Part shown: in pieces, positions 46,851 to 56,501 of the stretch
Layout of the letters: every line of letters starts with the position of its first letter
Position numbering within the stretch: the stretch's first letter is position 1
IMG/VR virus record: IMGVR_UViG_2875535316_000004
Direction: 5' to 3' (one strand)
Source: an uncultured virus (IMG/VR IMGVR_UViG_2875535316_000004)
Taxonomy: Duplodnaviria; Heunggongvirae; Uroviricota; Caudoviricetes
DNA: 64,000 nt
Notes under the pieces: model-generated
Told to the model about the DNA's origin: nothing
Seen by the model: the letters and a program-made list of their open reading frames with translations, nothing else
Database searches by the model: none
Position numbers and translations under genes: made by a program

Positions 46851-47666
46851 ATGTCCCTCAGCAAAGAAGCTCTCGAACTGATCCAGGAAAACACCATTGC
46901 CGCAGTAGGCCGCGATCTGCCGGCCTTGGGCCCGGTGGTCGTCGTGCCGCAAAACTTCAACGTGGTTGATCTCGAGCGTTATCAGGAAGGCCGCAACCGC
47001 TTCCGTGGCACCTACTCCACCCACTCGCTGGCTGACTACAGCGCCTACGTTGTTGAGCGCTCCGCCCCAGCAGCCCGCGGCTTCATCGACCAGGACAACA
47101 TGAGCTGCATCGTGCTGTTCAACATCGGCACCGCCGAAGAGCCGGGCCATGCCGATGACCGCGCCGTGCTCCGCCTGAAGGCTTCTGCTGCGTTCGCCGC
47201 CGTTCAGGCGGTGTGCGGCCAGAGCCTGGTGCAGAAGGCCATGAGCGACTGGATCGAAGACTGGAACCAGCACCTGTCGGCGACCGATGAGAATGGCCAG
47301 ACCATGACCATCGCCAAAGCGATCGCCGCAGTTCGCACTATCACCGTGAAGGCCTCGTCGGAAAGCGATCACGCAGTCGGCGAGACCCGCGCCAGCCGCA
47401 GCACCATGGACCAGATTGAGGCCAGCAGCAAAGAGACCCTGCCGGCTTGGCTGGACTTCAAGGTAATTCCGTTTGAAGGCTTGGCCGAGCAAGTGATCCG
47501 CCTGCGCGTTTCGGTCATCACCGGCGGCGCGCAACCAGTGCTCAAACTGCGCTGGATCGGCGAAGAGGCCCAGCGCGAAGCCATCGCCCAAGATTTCAAG
47601 GCCGTGCTCGACGCCAAGGTCGGTAACGCCGCGAAGCTGTCCCTGGGTACCTTCGACGCTAAGTGA
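46851..47666 (+). CDS. DUF2303/YfdQ-like protein
   Basis: RNRFRG, PGHADD, DWIEDW, PFEGL. Confidence 0.8.
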   Translation: MSLSKEALELIQENTIAAVGRDLPALGPVVVVPQNFNVVDLERYQEGRNRFRGTYSTHSLADYSAYVVERSAPAARGFIDQDNMSCIVLFNIGTAEEPGHADDRAVLRLKASAAFAAVQAVCGQSLVQKAMSDWIEDWNQHLSATDENGQTMTIAKAIAAVRTITVKASSESDHAVGETRASRSTMDQIEASSKETLPAWLDFKVIPFEGLAEQVIRLRVSVITGGAQPVLKLRWIGEEAQREAIAQDFKAVLDAKVGNAAKLSLGTFDAK

Positions 47667-47737
47667 CAAGAGCCAGCGCCACCGCCTGCAAGTAACACCT
47701 GTGGCGCTGGGTTCAACCGGAAGAGCATGCTGATGAT

Positions 47738-48064
47738 TCAGCAAGATCCGGGGGACGAGGTTGTCGCCCCAGATTGAAATTGGTGGGAGCGGGAGGAGTT
47801 TAACCCCCTGCGGAACTGTCCGGCAGCTGCACTACTCTCCTCACCCTTCGCAATTTGGATATCGATCGCTCCCAGCGCCGCCCCGCCCCACCCAAATCCT
47901 GCTGTCATAACCATCAACGCCGCTCCTAGGTCAATATGGTTGATAAGGGGTTCACCACCAAGTAATGGAGTTCCCACCAATGTCACTAGGCCCGATGCGA
48001 CAGACAAACCGCTGAAGAGCTTGTGTTTCATGCGAGCTGTTAGTCCGTGCTCTTTGAGCATCAC
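47738..48064 (-). CDS. possible counter-oriented membrane protein
   Basis: Two hydrophobic segments; start uncertain. Confidence 0.35.
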   Translation of the reverse strand: MMLKEHGLTARMKHKLFSGLSVASGLVTLVGTPLLGGEPLINHIDLGAALMVMTAGFGWGGAALGAIDIQIAKGEESSAAAGQFRRGLNSSRSHQFQSGATTSSPGSC

Positions 48065-48156
48065 TGCAAAGCGATGTCGTAATTAGCGGCGATATTACGC
48101 GGCCACCATTTCTTATTCAACTCGCACCGCATCCGGCCACGGAGGGCGGCGCATGC

Positions 48157-48930
48157 ATGGAGAAAGCCATGAACGACGAACAACGCCACCAAGAATGGAT
48201 CGCCCAGCGTAAAGCCGAAGAGGCCAAGCGCCGCGAGCGTGCCGCCGAGTGCTTGAAGGACCACGAATACACCGTCCTGGCTGACACCGATCAGCTGAAG
48301 GCATGGCGCTGCAAAGCCCCGCGCACCACCTGCTACGCCTTCGACATCCTGATCACCCGCTTCGGCATCGCCACTGTCGGCGACATCGACGGCCTGACCT
48401 TCAACGTAGGTCTCTCATACGGAATCGAGTTCCTGGCCGGGGACGACATCGGCTACTACATCCATTCGAAGCTCGAAGAGCATTGCCGTGAGCGCGAGTT
48501 CGATGAGGAAGCTTTCCGCGCAGCACTGGTAACCGGCGTCTGCAGCCAGATCTGTGAAAACACCCATGACGACGAGCTGTACGCCGCCCTGCCCGAGTGG
48601 ATGCGCAACGACGGCGGATGCCACGAGGCTGGTCGCTGGGACGAGCTCCGGAAGTTGGTTAAAGAGCATCTCGCAGCCATTGAATATGGCGGGGATGGCC
48701 GCGACTTCTGGGACTCGCTGAATGACCGCCTGAGCGAGGCCGACGATATCAGCTACGTCGAGCAAGCCAGCATGTTCATGAGCGAGCACCACGAGGAGCT
48801 GGGCCTGGGCTGTGACTACTGGGAGATCACCATCGATAAGCCTCGTGACAGCCTGATCAATCGGCTGTACCTGATCAACCACGCCGCGAAGGCGATCATC
48901 GCTCAGCAGGCCGAAGCGAAAGCTGCCTGA
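48157..48930 (+). CDS. hypothetical phage protein
   Basis: Long ORF, phage-like codon usage. Confidence 0.7.
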   Translation: MEKAMNDEQRHQEWIAQRKAEEAKRRERAAECLKDHEYTVLADTDQLKAWRCKAPRTTCYAFDILITRFGIATVGDIDGLTFNVGLSYGIEFLAGDDIGYYIHSKLEEHCREREFDEEAFRAALVTGVCSQICENTHDDELYAALPEWMRNDGGCHEAGRWDELRKLVKEHLAAIEYGGDGRDFWDSLNDRLSEADDISYVEQASMFMSEHHEELGLGCDYWEITIDKPRDSLINRLYLINHAAKAIIAQQAEAKAA

Positions 48931-48953
48931 CCCTCCGGCGCTACCCGCGAGGC

Positions 48954-49175
48954 TCAGTCGACTGAGCGAGCGTCAACACAAGATGCCACGCATTCGACGA
49001 TCGCCGTGAAGCTACCAGTGAAGCTGTGCCGCAGCTCTCGCGGCATGTCGTATGAGAAGTGGATCAGCCAGGAACCGTCGCCCAATAGCACAGCCTCCCG
49101 ACGGTACTTATCAACCTGATCCTCATCAATTCCGAGAACTGCTGCGACTTCCTGGTTTGTTGGCTCGCGGTCCAT
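48954..49175 (-). CDS. counter-oriented hypothetical protein
   Basis: 73-aa ORF filling the gap. Confidence 0.5.
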   Translation of the reverse strand: MDREPTNQEVAAVLGIDEDQVDKYRREAVLLGDGSWLIHFSYDMPRELRHSFTGSFTAIVECVASCVDARSVD

Positions 49176-49286
49176 CGGGGATTCAACTCGCTGGTCTGGA
49201 ATCACACTAATAGACCAAACGACATCAAATTGCCACTAATAAACGCCTCCCCGGCGAGGGCGGCGCCTGCACGCAAGGACCACAAC

Positions 49287-51179
49287 ATGACCTGTATGAC
49301 CTCCCTCGCCCTGCCCTTCGAAAAGGAGCTGGTTGTCGATCTCTTCGCCGGCGGCGGCGGCGCCAGCAGCGGCATTGCCGAGGCGTACCGCGAACCGGAT
49401 GTGGCGGTGAACCACAACCCAATCGCCCTGGCTGTGCACCGCGCCAACCACCAGCAGACCGAGCACTACGTTGCAGACGTTTTCGAAGTCGACCCGGTCC
49501 TAGCTACCAAAGGTCAGCCGGTCGGCATCTTGTGGGCATCGCCGGACTGCCGGCACCACAGCAAGGCCAAAGGCGGGAAGCCACGCGACCGTAAAATTCG
49601 CGGCCTGGCATGGGTAATCATCCGTTGGGCATACCAGACGCGCCCGCGACTGATCTTCCTCGAAAACGTGGAGGAGTTTGCCGACTGGGGGCCGCTCGAC
49701 GATGAGGGTAAGCCGGTCAAAGCCGAAAAGGGCCGGACATTCCAAGCGTTCGTGAACGTCCTGGGCAAGGGGATTCCAGAGGATCACCCAGACCTGCCTG
49801 AGATCTTGGCCGAGATCGGCGACCACGTACCCAAGGAAGCACTGGTGCGAGGCCTTCGCTACAACTTCGAGCACCAGGTGCGCGTCGCAGCCGACCAAGG
49901 CGCGCCTACGATTCGCAAGCGCTTGTACGGCATCGCCCGGCGCGACGGCAAGCCAATCGTCTGGCCCGCGCCGACGCATCACAGGACCCCCGGCAAGGGT
50001 CAGCAGGCCTGGCGATCCGCCGCCGAGTGCATTGACTGGGAGCTGCAGGGCCGCACGATCTTCCGCGACGATGCTCTGGTGGAGAACACCATGAACCGGA
50101 TCGCCAAAGGCCTGTGGCGCCACACCCTGGCCTGCAACGATCCGTTCATAGTCCCGCTACGCGGAACCTCGAAGTCGCACACCAGCACCCACAGCGTCGC
50201 TGAGCCGGCCTCGACCATCAGCGGTGGCGGTACCCATCACGCCCTAGTACAGCCGACGATGGCGATGGCTGGATGCCTTACTGAGCATGCGAATGGGTCG
50301 AACCAGCGCACCTTTGACACTCTTGAGCCACTACGAACCCAAGTCGCTCAAGTCAAGGGAGGGCACTTTGCGCTGGTCGGCGCACATCTGACGCACCTGA
50401 CGCACCATGGAAATCGATCAGGCTACCCTGCCACGGACCCGGCCATGACGGTGACAGGCGCGAATCGCGGCGAGCAGGCGCTGGTTTCTGCCTCCCTAGT
50501 GACGTTACGCAAGGGCTGCGTGGGTAGTGCCGCAAGCGGCCCTCTCAGTTGCATAACGCAGAACAGCGGTCACCACGCTATTGCGTCCGCCCACCTGGAG
50601 CAGGCCAATGGTGGCTTCTATAAGGGCGACGGCCGCGCAGCTGACGATCCGTTTTCGACCGTCCTGGGCAAAGGCTCAAACCAGCGCCTGGTCACTGCCT
50701 ACATGGTGAAGTACTACGGCGCCGAGAAGGACGGGATCTCACTTCGTGAGCCGGTCCACACGATCCCGTCGAAGGATCGCATGGCTGTGGTCGAAGTCGT
50801 CCAGTTGCACAGCCACACGCTGACAGATGAGCAACTGGCCGGTGCCCGCAAGTGTGCGGAGTTCCTCCGCAAATACCTGCCGCAGCACTTCACCGAGCAC
50901 GCCGATATCGTCATGGTCGGCGACTACGTGCTGATCGACATTACCCTGCGCATGCTGCAGCCGCACGAGTTGAAACGCGCCCAAGGCTTCCGACCCGACT
51001 ACATCATCGACCGAGGCCTGTTCCTCGATGAAGTGACCGGCCAGCTGTACTGGAAAGCCATCAGCAAGACTGACCAGGTGAAGCTGCTGGGCAACAGCGT
51101 CTGCAAGGACGAAGCTCGGGCCCTTGTCGCGGCCAACGCAGCCGACCTCATCGAACTCTACCAGCGCCTGGCGGCCTGA
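49287..51179 (+). CDS. DNA cytosine-C5 methyltransferase
   Basis: DLFAGGGG, SPDC, ENV, RKR, AQGF, LGNSV motifs. Confidence 0.92.
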   Translation: MTCMTSLALPFEKELVVDLFAGGGGASSGIAEAYREPDVAVNHNPIALAVHRANHQQTEHYVADVFEVDPVLATKGQPVGILWASPDCRHHSKAKGGKPRDRKIRGLAWVIIRWAYQTRPRLIFLENVEEFADWGPLDDEGKPVKAEKGRTFQAFVNVLGKGIPEDHPDLPEILAEIGDHVPKEALVRGLRYNFEHQVRVAADQGAPTIRKRLYGIARRDGKPIVWPAPTHHRTPGKGQQAWRSAAECIDWELQGRTIFRDDALVENTMNRIAKGLWRHTLACNDPFIVPLRGTSKSHTSTHSVAEPASTISGGGTHHALVQPTMAMAGCLTEHANGSNQRTFDTLEPLRTQVAQVKGGHFALVGAHLTHLTHHGNRSGYPATDPAMTVTGANRGEQALVSASLVTLRKGCVGSAASGPLSCITQNSGHHAIASAHLEQANGGFYKGDGRAADDPFSTVLGKGSNQRLVTAYMVKYYGAEKDGISLREPVHTIPSKDRMAVVEVVQLHSHTLTDEQLAGARKCAEFLRKYLPQHFTEHADIVMVGDYVLIDITLRMLQPHELKRAQGFRPDYIIDRGLFLDEVTGQLYWKAISKTDQVKLLGNSVCKDEARALVAANAADLIELYQRLAA

Positions 51180-51200
51180 CGCCGCCAGCAGGAGACACCC

Positions 51201-52157
51201 ATGCCCACAGAAAACCGATCCAGCAACATTGAGCAGCATGACCATATCGAGGGGATCATCGATATGGTCAGCGTGCCCGAAGGCTACATGCTGGTAGAGC
51301 GCAGCATCTGGACTGAAAAGCAGGTCGACGCTGCTACAGCGTGCATCACTCGCCTGAAGGGCGTTCCTGCCATGACTGACCGCGCCCTAGCCATGGCAGC
51401 GATTGATGCTGCCCAGTGCACTGCGCCGGATATCGCTCTCACCGACCTACTGCCAATCCCGCAGCCCCACGCCGAGCCCATAGCGTGGATGGTTGGTACT
51501 GCCTTCTGGTGGACCAAAGAAGAGGCGGAGCGGGATGCTGCGGCGACTGGAAAGCGAGTGGTTCCGTTCGGACCGATGACAGTCACCTGCAGTCCAGACG
51601 AGCAGCACCAGGTCGAGCCGGTGGCGCTCCCCGAAAATCTGCCTGGATGCAAAGTAATTGCTGCTGGTTGGAACCAGTGCCTGGACGTAATCGCCAAACT
51701 TGGCCCGCTCTACCCCCGCCCAGCGCAAACAGAGGCCGGGAGAGATAATTCCCCTGCTGACATCGACTGGAATCATGTCACCGAGCTGGAAGCCGAGAAC
51801 TACGCCATGGGCGCCCAGCTGGCCGAGCGGGATGCGCTGCTGCGCGAACTGCTGGCCGATGATGTTCCGCTGCGGTTGGCTTCCAAGATCGAGACAGCCC
51901 TATCCGCCAGCGCAGAGCCGAGGGCGCCGATAGCCTGGCACGTCGGCGGGAACGGCTACGACCGGATCTGCTTCGAGGAGCCCACCGACCTACCGGGCCA
52001 TCCATGCATCCAGCCCCTCCACGACCAGCGCCAACTGATCGAACTCCTCAAGCGCTACGACCTGCGCGACGAAGACGTGCCGCCAGATGAGCGAGCCCAC
52101 GGCATACCGGGCACTTCCTTCCAGCGCCTGAATGCACTCGCCAACCAGGGCGAATGA
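51201..52157 (+). CDS. mosaic early hypothetical protein (Ead/Ea22-like region)
   Basis: MPTENRSS start, EPIAW, GWNQCL segments. Confidence 0.65.
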   Translation: MPTENRSSNIEQHDHIEGIIDMVSVPEGYMLVERSIWTEKQVDAATACITRLKGVPAMTDRALAMAAIDAAQCTAPDIALTDLLPIPQPHAEPIAWMVGTAFWWTKEEAERDAAATGKRVVPFGPMTVTCSPDEQHQVEPVALPENLPGCKVIAAGWNQCLDVIAKLGPLYPRPAQTEAGRDNSPADIDWNHVTELEAENYAMGAQLAERDALLRELLADDVPLRLASKIETALSASAEPRAPIAWHVGGNGYDRICFEEPTDLPGHPCIQPLHDQRQLIELLKRYDLRDEDVPPDERAHGIPGTSFQRLNALANQGE

Positions 52158-52205
52158 CTACAGGAGCACATTTGTACTCCACCCAGCTGTAACCCCCTCG
52201 CCCCT

Positions 52206-52508
52206 CTATTTCGAGCAGGCCGAAAGCTTATTCGTTGCAGCCAGGCCCTCGGTGGCGATTCGACGAGCACGCCCCACGCCCCACGCTAATGCCCTGGTCA
52301 TCGACTCGCCTGGACGAGAGTCGAACGCCTCTTCGTGGAGGGGAGCTCCACCCGCCGCATAAACGCCGAGGAACATCTGCGTGTTGCCCGTGCGCGACAG
52401 TCGCACTTGGACATCTATGAACGTTCCATCGTCGAGTGTTTCGTCATGAGTCCTATGGTGAAGCGTCGGGTCAGCCCAAGACCAAAAAACATCACCGCGA
52501 ATTCTCAT
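52206..52508 (-). CDS. counter-oriented hypothetical protein
   Basis: GGAGGA RBS; flanked by short direct repeats. Confidence 0.65.
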   Translation of the reverse strand: MRIRGDVFWSWADPTLHHRTHDETLDDGTFIDVQVRLSRTGNTQMFLGVYAAGGAPLHEEAFDSRPGESMTRALAWGVGRARRIATEGLAATNKLSACSK

Positions 52509-52680
52509 GCCGTCCTCCTCCGACGTTAGTTGTATGCATCAATCCACCATAGCCAAACCAAAGCGGTTCGCAACCGCATCTGCCTGATTCGTGATCTGAA
52601 TCAGACTATTGGCCATCACCATTCTTGCTAACCCCTCTCCCCTCTATTCACTGCCGCGATATGGCGGCCAAGGCGAAGCT

Positions 52681-53340
52681 ATGTCTCAAGCAAAGGAACG
52701 ACCGATCCTGTTCAGCGGCTCGATGGTCAGCGCCATCTTGGACGGCCGGAAGACGGTCACCCGCCGGCCAATCAAACCAAGCATGCGAGGCTTCGACGTC
52801 TCGTTCGAGCTTCACCAGCAGGAGGACGGTTCTTGGCGACCCATGCACACGTTCGACGAGAGCTGCATGGATGATCAGGGTACGGAGCATCCGGTGATCT
52901 GCCCCTACGGCAAGCCTGGCGACCGCCTGTGGGTGCGCGAGACCTGGTACTGCGATCATTTCGAAGTGATGCGCGGCCCCTATCTCAAGCCGGCTGATCT
53001 GGACGTTACCGAGGCTCGCAGCGACGGGACGCTGGTCTACGCCGCTGATGGGCTAACACCGTTCGAAGCCGATCAGCCCGCTTGGAAACCCAGCATCCAT
53101 ATGCCCCGCTGGGCCAGCCGCATCTTGCTGGAAGTCACCGACGTGGGCGTCGAGCAGCTGCAGGCCATTTCCATCGGCCAGATCTGCAAGGAAGGCCTGG
53201 CGCGCTCGATTTACGAGTTCATCCCTGTGACGACGGCCTTTGACGCTTTCGCCGAGGTGTGGGACTCGATCAACGGGCCTGGAGCATGGGAGGCAAATCC
53301 ATGGGTCTGGGCTGTCGAGTTTAAGCAGGTGCAGTCATGA
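52681..53340 (+). CDS. ASCH/PUA-like phage protein
   Basis: ERPILF, GRKTVTRR, GDRLWVRET, WKPSIHMPRWASRI, WEANPWVW. Confidence 0.8.
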   Translation: MSQAKERPILFSGSMVSAILDGRKTVTRRPIKPSMRGFDVSFELHQQEDGSWRPMHTFDESCMDDQGTEHPVICPYGKPGDRLWVRETWYCDHFEVMRGPYLKPADLDVTEARSDGTLVYAADGLTPFEADQPAWKPSIHMPRWASRILLEVTDVGVEQLQAISIGQICKEGLARSIYEFIPVTTAFDAFAEVWDSINGPGAWEANPWVWAVEFKQVQS

Positions 53341-53603
53341 CCCGCCTCGCACTCTGCCTCCTCCTGCTGGCCGCCGGCGCCAGCGCTGACCCATTGCCGC
53401 ATGGGGTTCGCGTGTTCCATGACGACGAGCGCGGAGCGACCTGTTGGCTCTATGGTTTCAGCTCGCCAGGCGGCATCAGCTGCATCCCCGACAGCCAGCT
53501 GCAGGCCGGCAACGAGCGCCAGCTCTCCCCGCACGAAACACAACCCGAACCTACACCCGCACTGGCGCCTGGGCGCTGGATTGATGAGAGGTATCAGCTG
53601 TGA
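53337..53603 (+). CDS. small exported protein
   Basis: Signal peptide; TCW...GISCIP. Confidence 0.6.
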   Translation: MTRLALCLLLLAAGASADPLPHGVRVFHDDERGATCWLYGFSSPGGISCIPDSQLQAGNERQLSPHETQPEPTPALAPGRWIDERYQL

Positions 53604-53899
53604 GCGAAAAGATGCGTGAGCAGTTCGAGGCGTGGCACCTTGACCGCTACTGCGGCGGTGTCAAGCGCCTGAGGAAGTGCGTGAATGCCGAAGACGTTTA
53701 CTACTACAGCGAAACCCAAACCCGATGGGTGTCATGGCAAGCCTCCCGCGAAGCCGTGGTCATCAAAATGCCAGACATGAAGAGCGAGCAGTACTGGGAG
53801 CAATTCGAGGATGTGGAGGGTGAGTCGTTCATCTTCCCGAAATACCTCGGGCACCTCACTGCTGCGATCAACGCCCTAGGCCTGAAGGTGGCGCCATGA
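53600..53899 (+). CDS. hypothetical protein
   Basis: REQFEAW, WQASR. Confidence 0.65.
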   Translation: MSEKMREQFEAWHLDRYCGGVKRLRKCVNAEDVYYYSETQTRWVSWQASREAVVIKMPDMKSEQYWEQFEDVEGESFIFPKYLGHLTAAINALGLKVAP

Positions 53900-54279
53900 C
53901 CGACCTGATCGAAGTGAAGACGGCAGACCTAGCCGGCGAGGCGCTGGGCTGGGCCGTTGGCAAGGCCGAAGGGCTGAACCTTGAACTGGTCCCGCCGCAG
54001 TACGGCAACCCCTGGCGGGTGTTTGCACGGTATCAGGGCCAGGCCCTCGAGCACACCAAACGCTACAACCCGTGGGAAGACTGGGCGCCGGGCGGGCTGC
54101 TGATCCAGAAGTATCGCGTCGGCTTCGGCCTCTATTCGGATTCGTTCTTTGCCGTCACTGGGCTGGATGAGATGCCGGGGGATGCTGACGGATCGACTCA
54201 CCTTATCGCCGCATGCCGCGCCGTCGTGACCGCCAAGCTCGGCGATACCGTCCAGGTGCCGAAGGAGCTGATGCCGTGA
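53896..54279 (+). CDS. NinX/DUF2591-like protein
   Basis: ALGWAV, YNPWEDW..GGLLI, LIAACRA. Confidence 0.75.
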   Translation: MTDLIEVKTADLAGEALGWAVGKAEGLNLELVPPQYGNPWRVFARYQGQALEHTKRYNPWEDWAPGGLLIQKYRVGFGLYSDSFFAVTGLDEMPGDADGSTHLIAACRAVVTAKLGDTVQVPKELMP

Positions 54280-54470
54280 TCCCGCGCAAAGGCTTGCTCC
54301 GGCGCAAGATCGAGGCAGGCCTGATTCGACTGGCCGCTGCCATCCTGATGGGCCGCAACGTGCCCCGCTCGGCAGTCGTGTCACGTCGCGACAACAACGA
54401 TATGTGGTACATGGCCGAAAAGCTTGAGTCCATCGCCGATCGCATAGCCAGCGGTTATCCAAACGCCTAA
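54276..54470 (+). CDS. hypothetical protein
   Basis: GTGA overlap with upstream stop. Confidence 0.5.
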   Translation: MIPRKGLLRRKIEAGLIRLAAAILMGRNVPRSAVVSRRDNNDMWYMAEKLESIADRIASGYPNA

Positions 54471-54486
54471 CCCCCTCCCATACAAC

Positions 54487-54672
54487 TCAAACCCGTCCAC
54501 GGGTCGTCCAGAAGTGCGTCGCGGCTAGCAACACCCCAGGTATAGCCATGCCCAGGCCGCTGTAGATGAATGCAGGCTGGTCTGACAGCAGCCCGCCCAT
54601 AACGAACCCGATGCCCGTGGGTATGAGCGTGACCGCTACGTAGCCAAACGGCTTCCTGGCTTCCTTTGCCAT
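54487..54672 (-). CDS. counter-oriented small two-TM protein
   Basis: AAGGAG RBS; two hydrophobic helices. Confidence 0.6.
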   Translation of the reverse strand: MAKEARKPFGYVAVTLIPTGIGFVMGGLLSDQPAFIYSGLGMAIPGVLLAATHFWTTRGRV

Positions 54673-54744
54673 TTCAATGCTCCTTGTTTTGGGGGCACTA
54701 TTTAAACATGCGTGCCCGCCGCTGTGCGCGGGCGAGGAACCTCT

Positions 54745-55665
54745 ATGTCTGAACGCAAAACGATGTGCATCTACCATGGCAACTGCGCTGACGGCTTCGG
54801 CGGCGCCTGGGTCGTCCGCAAGGCCTTAGGCGAGCAGGTTGAGTTCGTTGCCGGCGTGCACGGTCAGGAGCCACCTGATGTCACCGACAAAGACGTGATC
54901 ATCGTCGACTTCAGTTACAAGTACGAAGTCATGGCCAGGCTGAGTTGGAAGGCTCACAGCATCATAATCCTCGATCATCACAAGTCGGCGGCCGAGGACC
55001 TTGGCAAGTTCCCGCCCTTCCATGCCGGCGTTCGGCTCGATGGCCGGCACGCCGACGGCACGGTCGCGCTGGGCTGGGAAAGCGCGCACATCTTCATGAG
55101 TTCGCAGAATTCCCCGGCTATCGCCTGCTGCTTCGACATGAACCGCAGCGGCGCCATGCTTGCCTGGGACCACTTCTTCCCCGGGCAAGAACCTCCCATG
55201 CTGCTGCGCCACATCGAGGACCGAGACCTGTGGCTGTTCCAGCTGGACGGCACCCGCGAGATTCAGGACAATCTCTTCAGCTACCCCTATGACTTCGAAG
55301 TCTGGGACACGCTCATGGCGACTGATGTGCAGACCCTCCGCTCGGACGGCGCCGCGATTGAGCGAAAGCACCAGAAGGACGTTGCCGAACTGGTGGCCGT
55401 GACCAAGCGCCGCCTGGTCATCGGAGGTCACGATGTGCCGGTGGCCAGCCTGCCGTACACGCTCACCAGCGATGCGGGTCACCTCATGGCCCAGGGCGAA
55501 CCTTTCGCCGCCTGCTACTGGGACACCCCTGATGGCCGCGTATTCAGCCTGCGCACCACCGACGAGGGCATGGATGCGTCGGAGATCGCCAAGCAGTACG
55601 GCGGCGGTGGCCACCGCAACGCTTCCGGCTTCCGCGTGCCGTTCGGCCACGAACTGACCAAATAA
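54745..55665 (+). CDS. DHH/DHHA1 phosphoesterase
   Basis: YHGNCADG, VDFS, LDHH, SLR, GGGGH. Confidence 0.88.
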   Translation: MSERKTMCIYHGNCADGFGGAWVVRKALGEQVEFVAGVHGQEPPDVTDKDVIIVDFSYKYEVMARLSWKAHSIIILDHHKSAAEDLGKFPPFHAGVRLDGRHADGTVALGWESAHIFMSSQNSPAIACCFDMNRSGAMLAWDHFFPGQEPPMLLRHIEDRDLWLFQLDGTREIQDNLFSYPYDFEVWDTLMATDVQTLRSDGAAIERKHQKDVAELVAVTKRRLVIGGHDVPVASLPYTLTSDAGHLMAQGEPFAACYWDTPDGRVFSLRTTDEGMDASEIAKQYGGGGHRNASGFRVPFGHELTK

Positions 55666-55718
55666 TTCTCTTCTTCCACTCAAGGCCGGCGGCAATGGCT
55701 GCCGGTCGAGGATCACCT

Positions 55719-56216
55719 ATGTCCGCAATAAACCGTTTCCACGAAGTAGCCAACGATGCCCTGGTTCAGATCAGCGACCATCTGGTGCCAGGAGCCAAGC
55801 TCACCTTGGCGATCTACGTACCAGGCGAACCTGAGCAAGACATCGTCCTGATGGGCCCTGGTGTTGCTGCTGATGAGGTCGTGAACACCCTGCGCCGGCG
55901 TGCCGCCCTGAGCCTTGATGGCGACAACGCCTATAAGCGCGGGGTATGCGATGTAGCCGTAGGGGCAATGGCGGCCGGGAAACAGAACAATAACCAGCCG
56001 CCCGGAGGGCACTGGGGCCAGCGGTTCTGGGATATCGGCCGGGCCGAGGGCGCACTGCAGGAAGAACTGATTCAGGCACTCCGCCTCGCCTGCAAAGAGC
56101 TGGACGCCTGCCAGCGGGTGATCCACTACGCCGGCGGATTCGACCCGGCCTACGTCAACAATGCCCAGGCGGCGCTCACGGTAGCCGACGCGGTCCTCGA
56201 CAAGATTCCCGCCTGA
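55719..56216 (+). CDS. hypothetical protein
   Basis: GAGG RBS. Confidence 0.6.
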   Translation: MSAINRFHEVANDALVQISDHLVPGAKLTLAIYVPGEPEQDIVLMGPGVAADEVVNTLRRRAALSLDGDNAYKRGVCDVAVGAMAAGKQNNNQPPGGHWGQRFWDIGRAEGALQEELIQALRLACKELDACQRVIHYAGGFDPAYVNNAQAALTVADAVLDKIPA

Positions 56217-56254
56217 CACCAACCTGCCGCCACCGGCGGCGTGGAGACCATCCC

Positions 56255-56500
56255 ATGGAAACCGAGATTCTTTCGGACGAAGAGCTGGCCGACTTGACCG
56301 GCTACAAAGCCAGGGGCTGGCAGCGCCGCTGGCTCAACGAACGCGGCTGGCACTTTGTCGAGAGCCGCGGCGGCCGCCCCCTGGTAGGCCGCCAATACGC
56401 CCGCATGAAGCTAGGCGTAACCCTTGAGGTGGTGCCACTGGCACCACCACCCCCGCCTCCCGTACCAGCGTGGACGCCAGATTTTTCGAAGGTGAGGTGA
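56255..56500 (+). CDS. excisionase-like (DUF4224)
   Basis: LSDEELADLTGYK..QRRWL, GRPLV; precedes int. Confidence 0.82.
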   Translation: METEILSDEELADLTGYKARGWQRRWLNERGWHFVESRGGRPLVGRQYARMKLGVTLEVVPLAPPPPPPVPAWTPDFSKVR

Positions 56501-56501
56501 T

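Noticed and set aside
40481..51179. Classical restriction-modification pair (nuclease plus methylase)
   Set aside because: Genes are 7 kb apart in different transcription units and differ in composition; linkage unsupported
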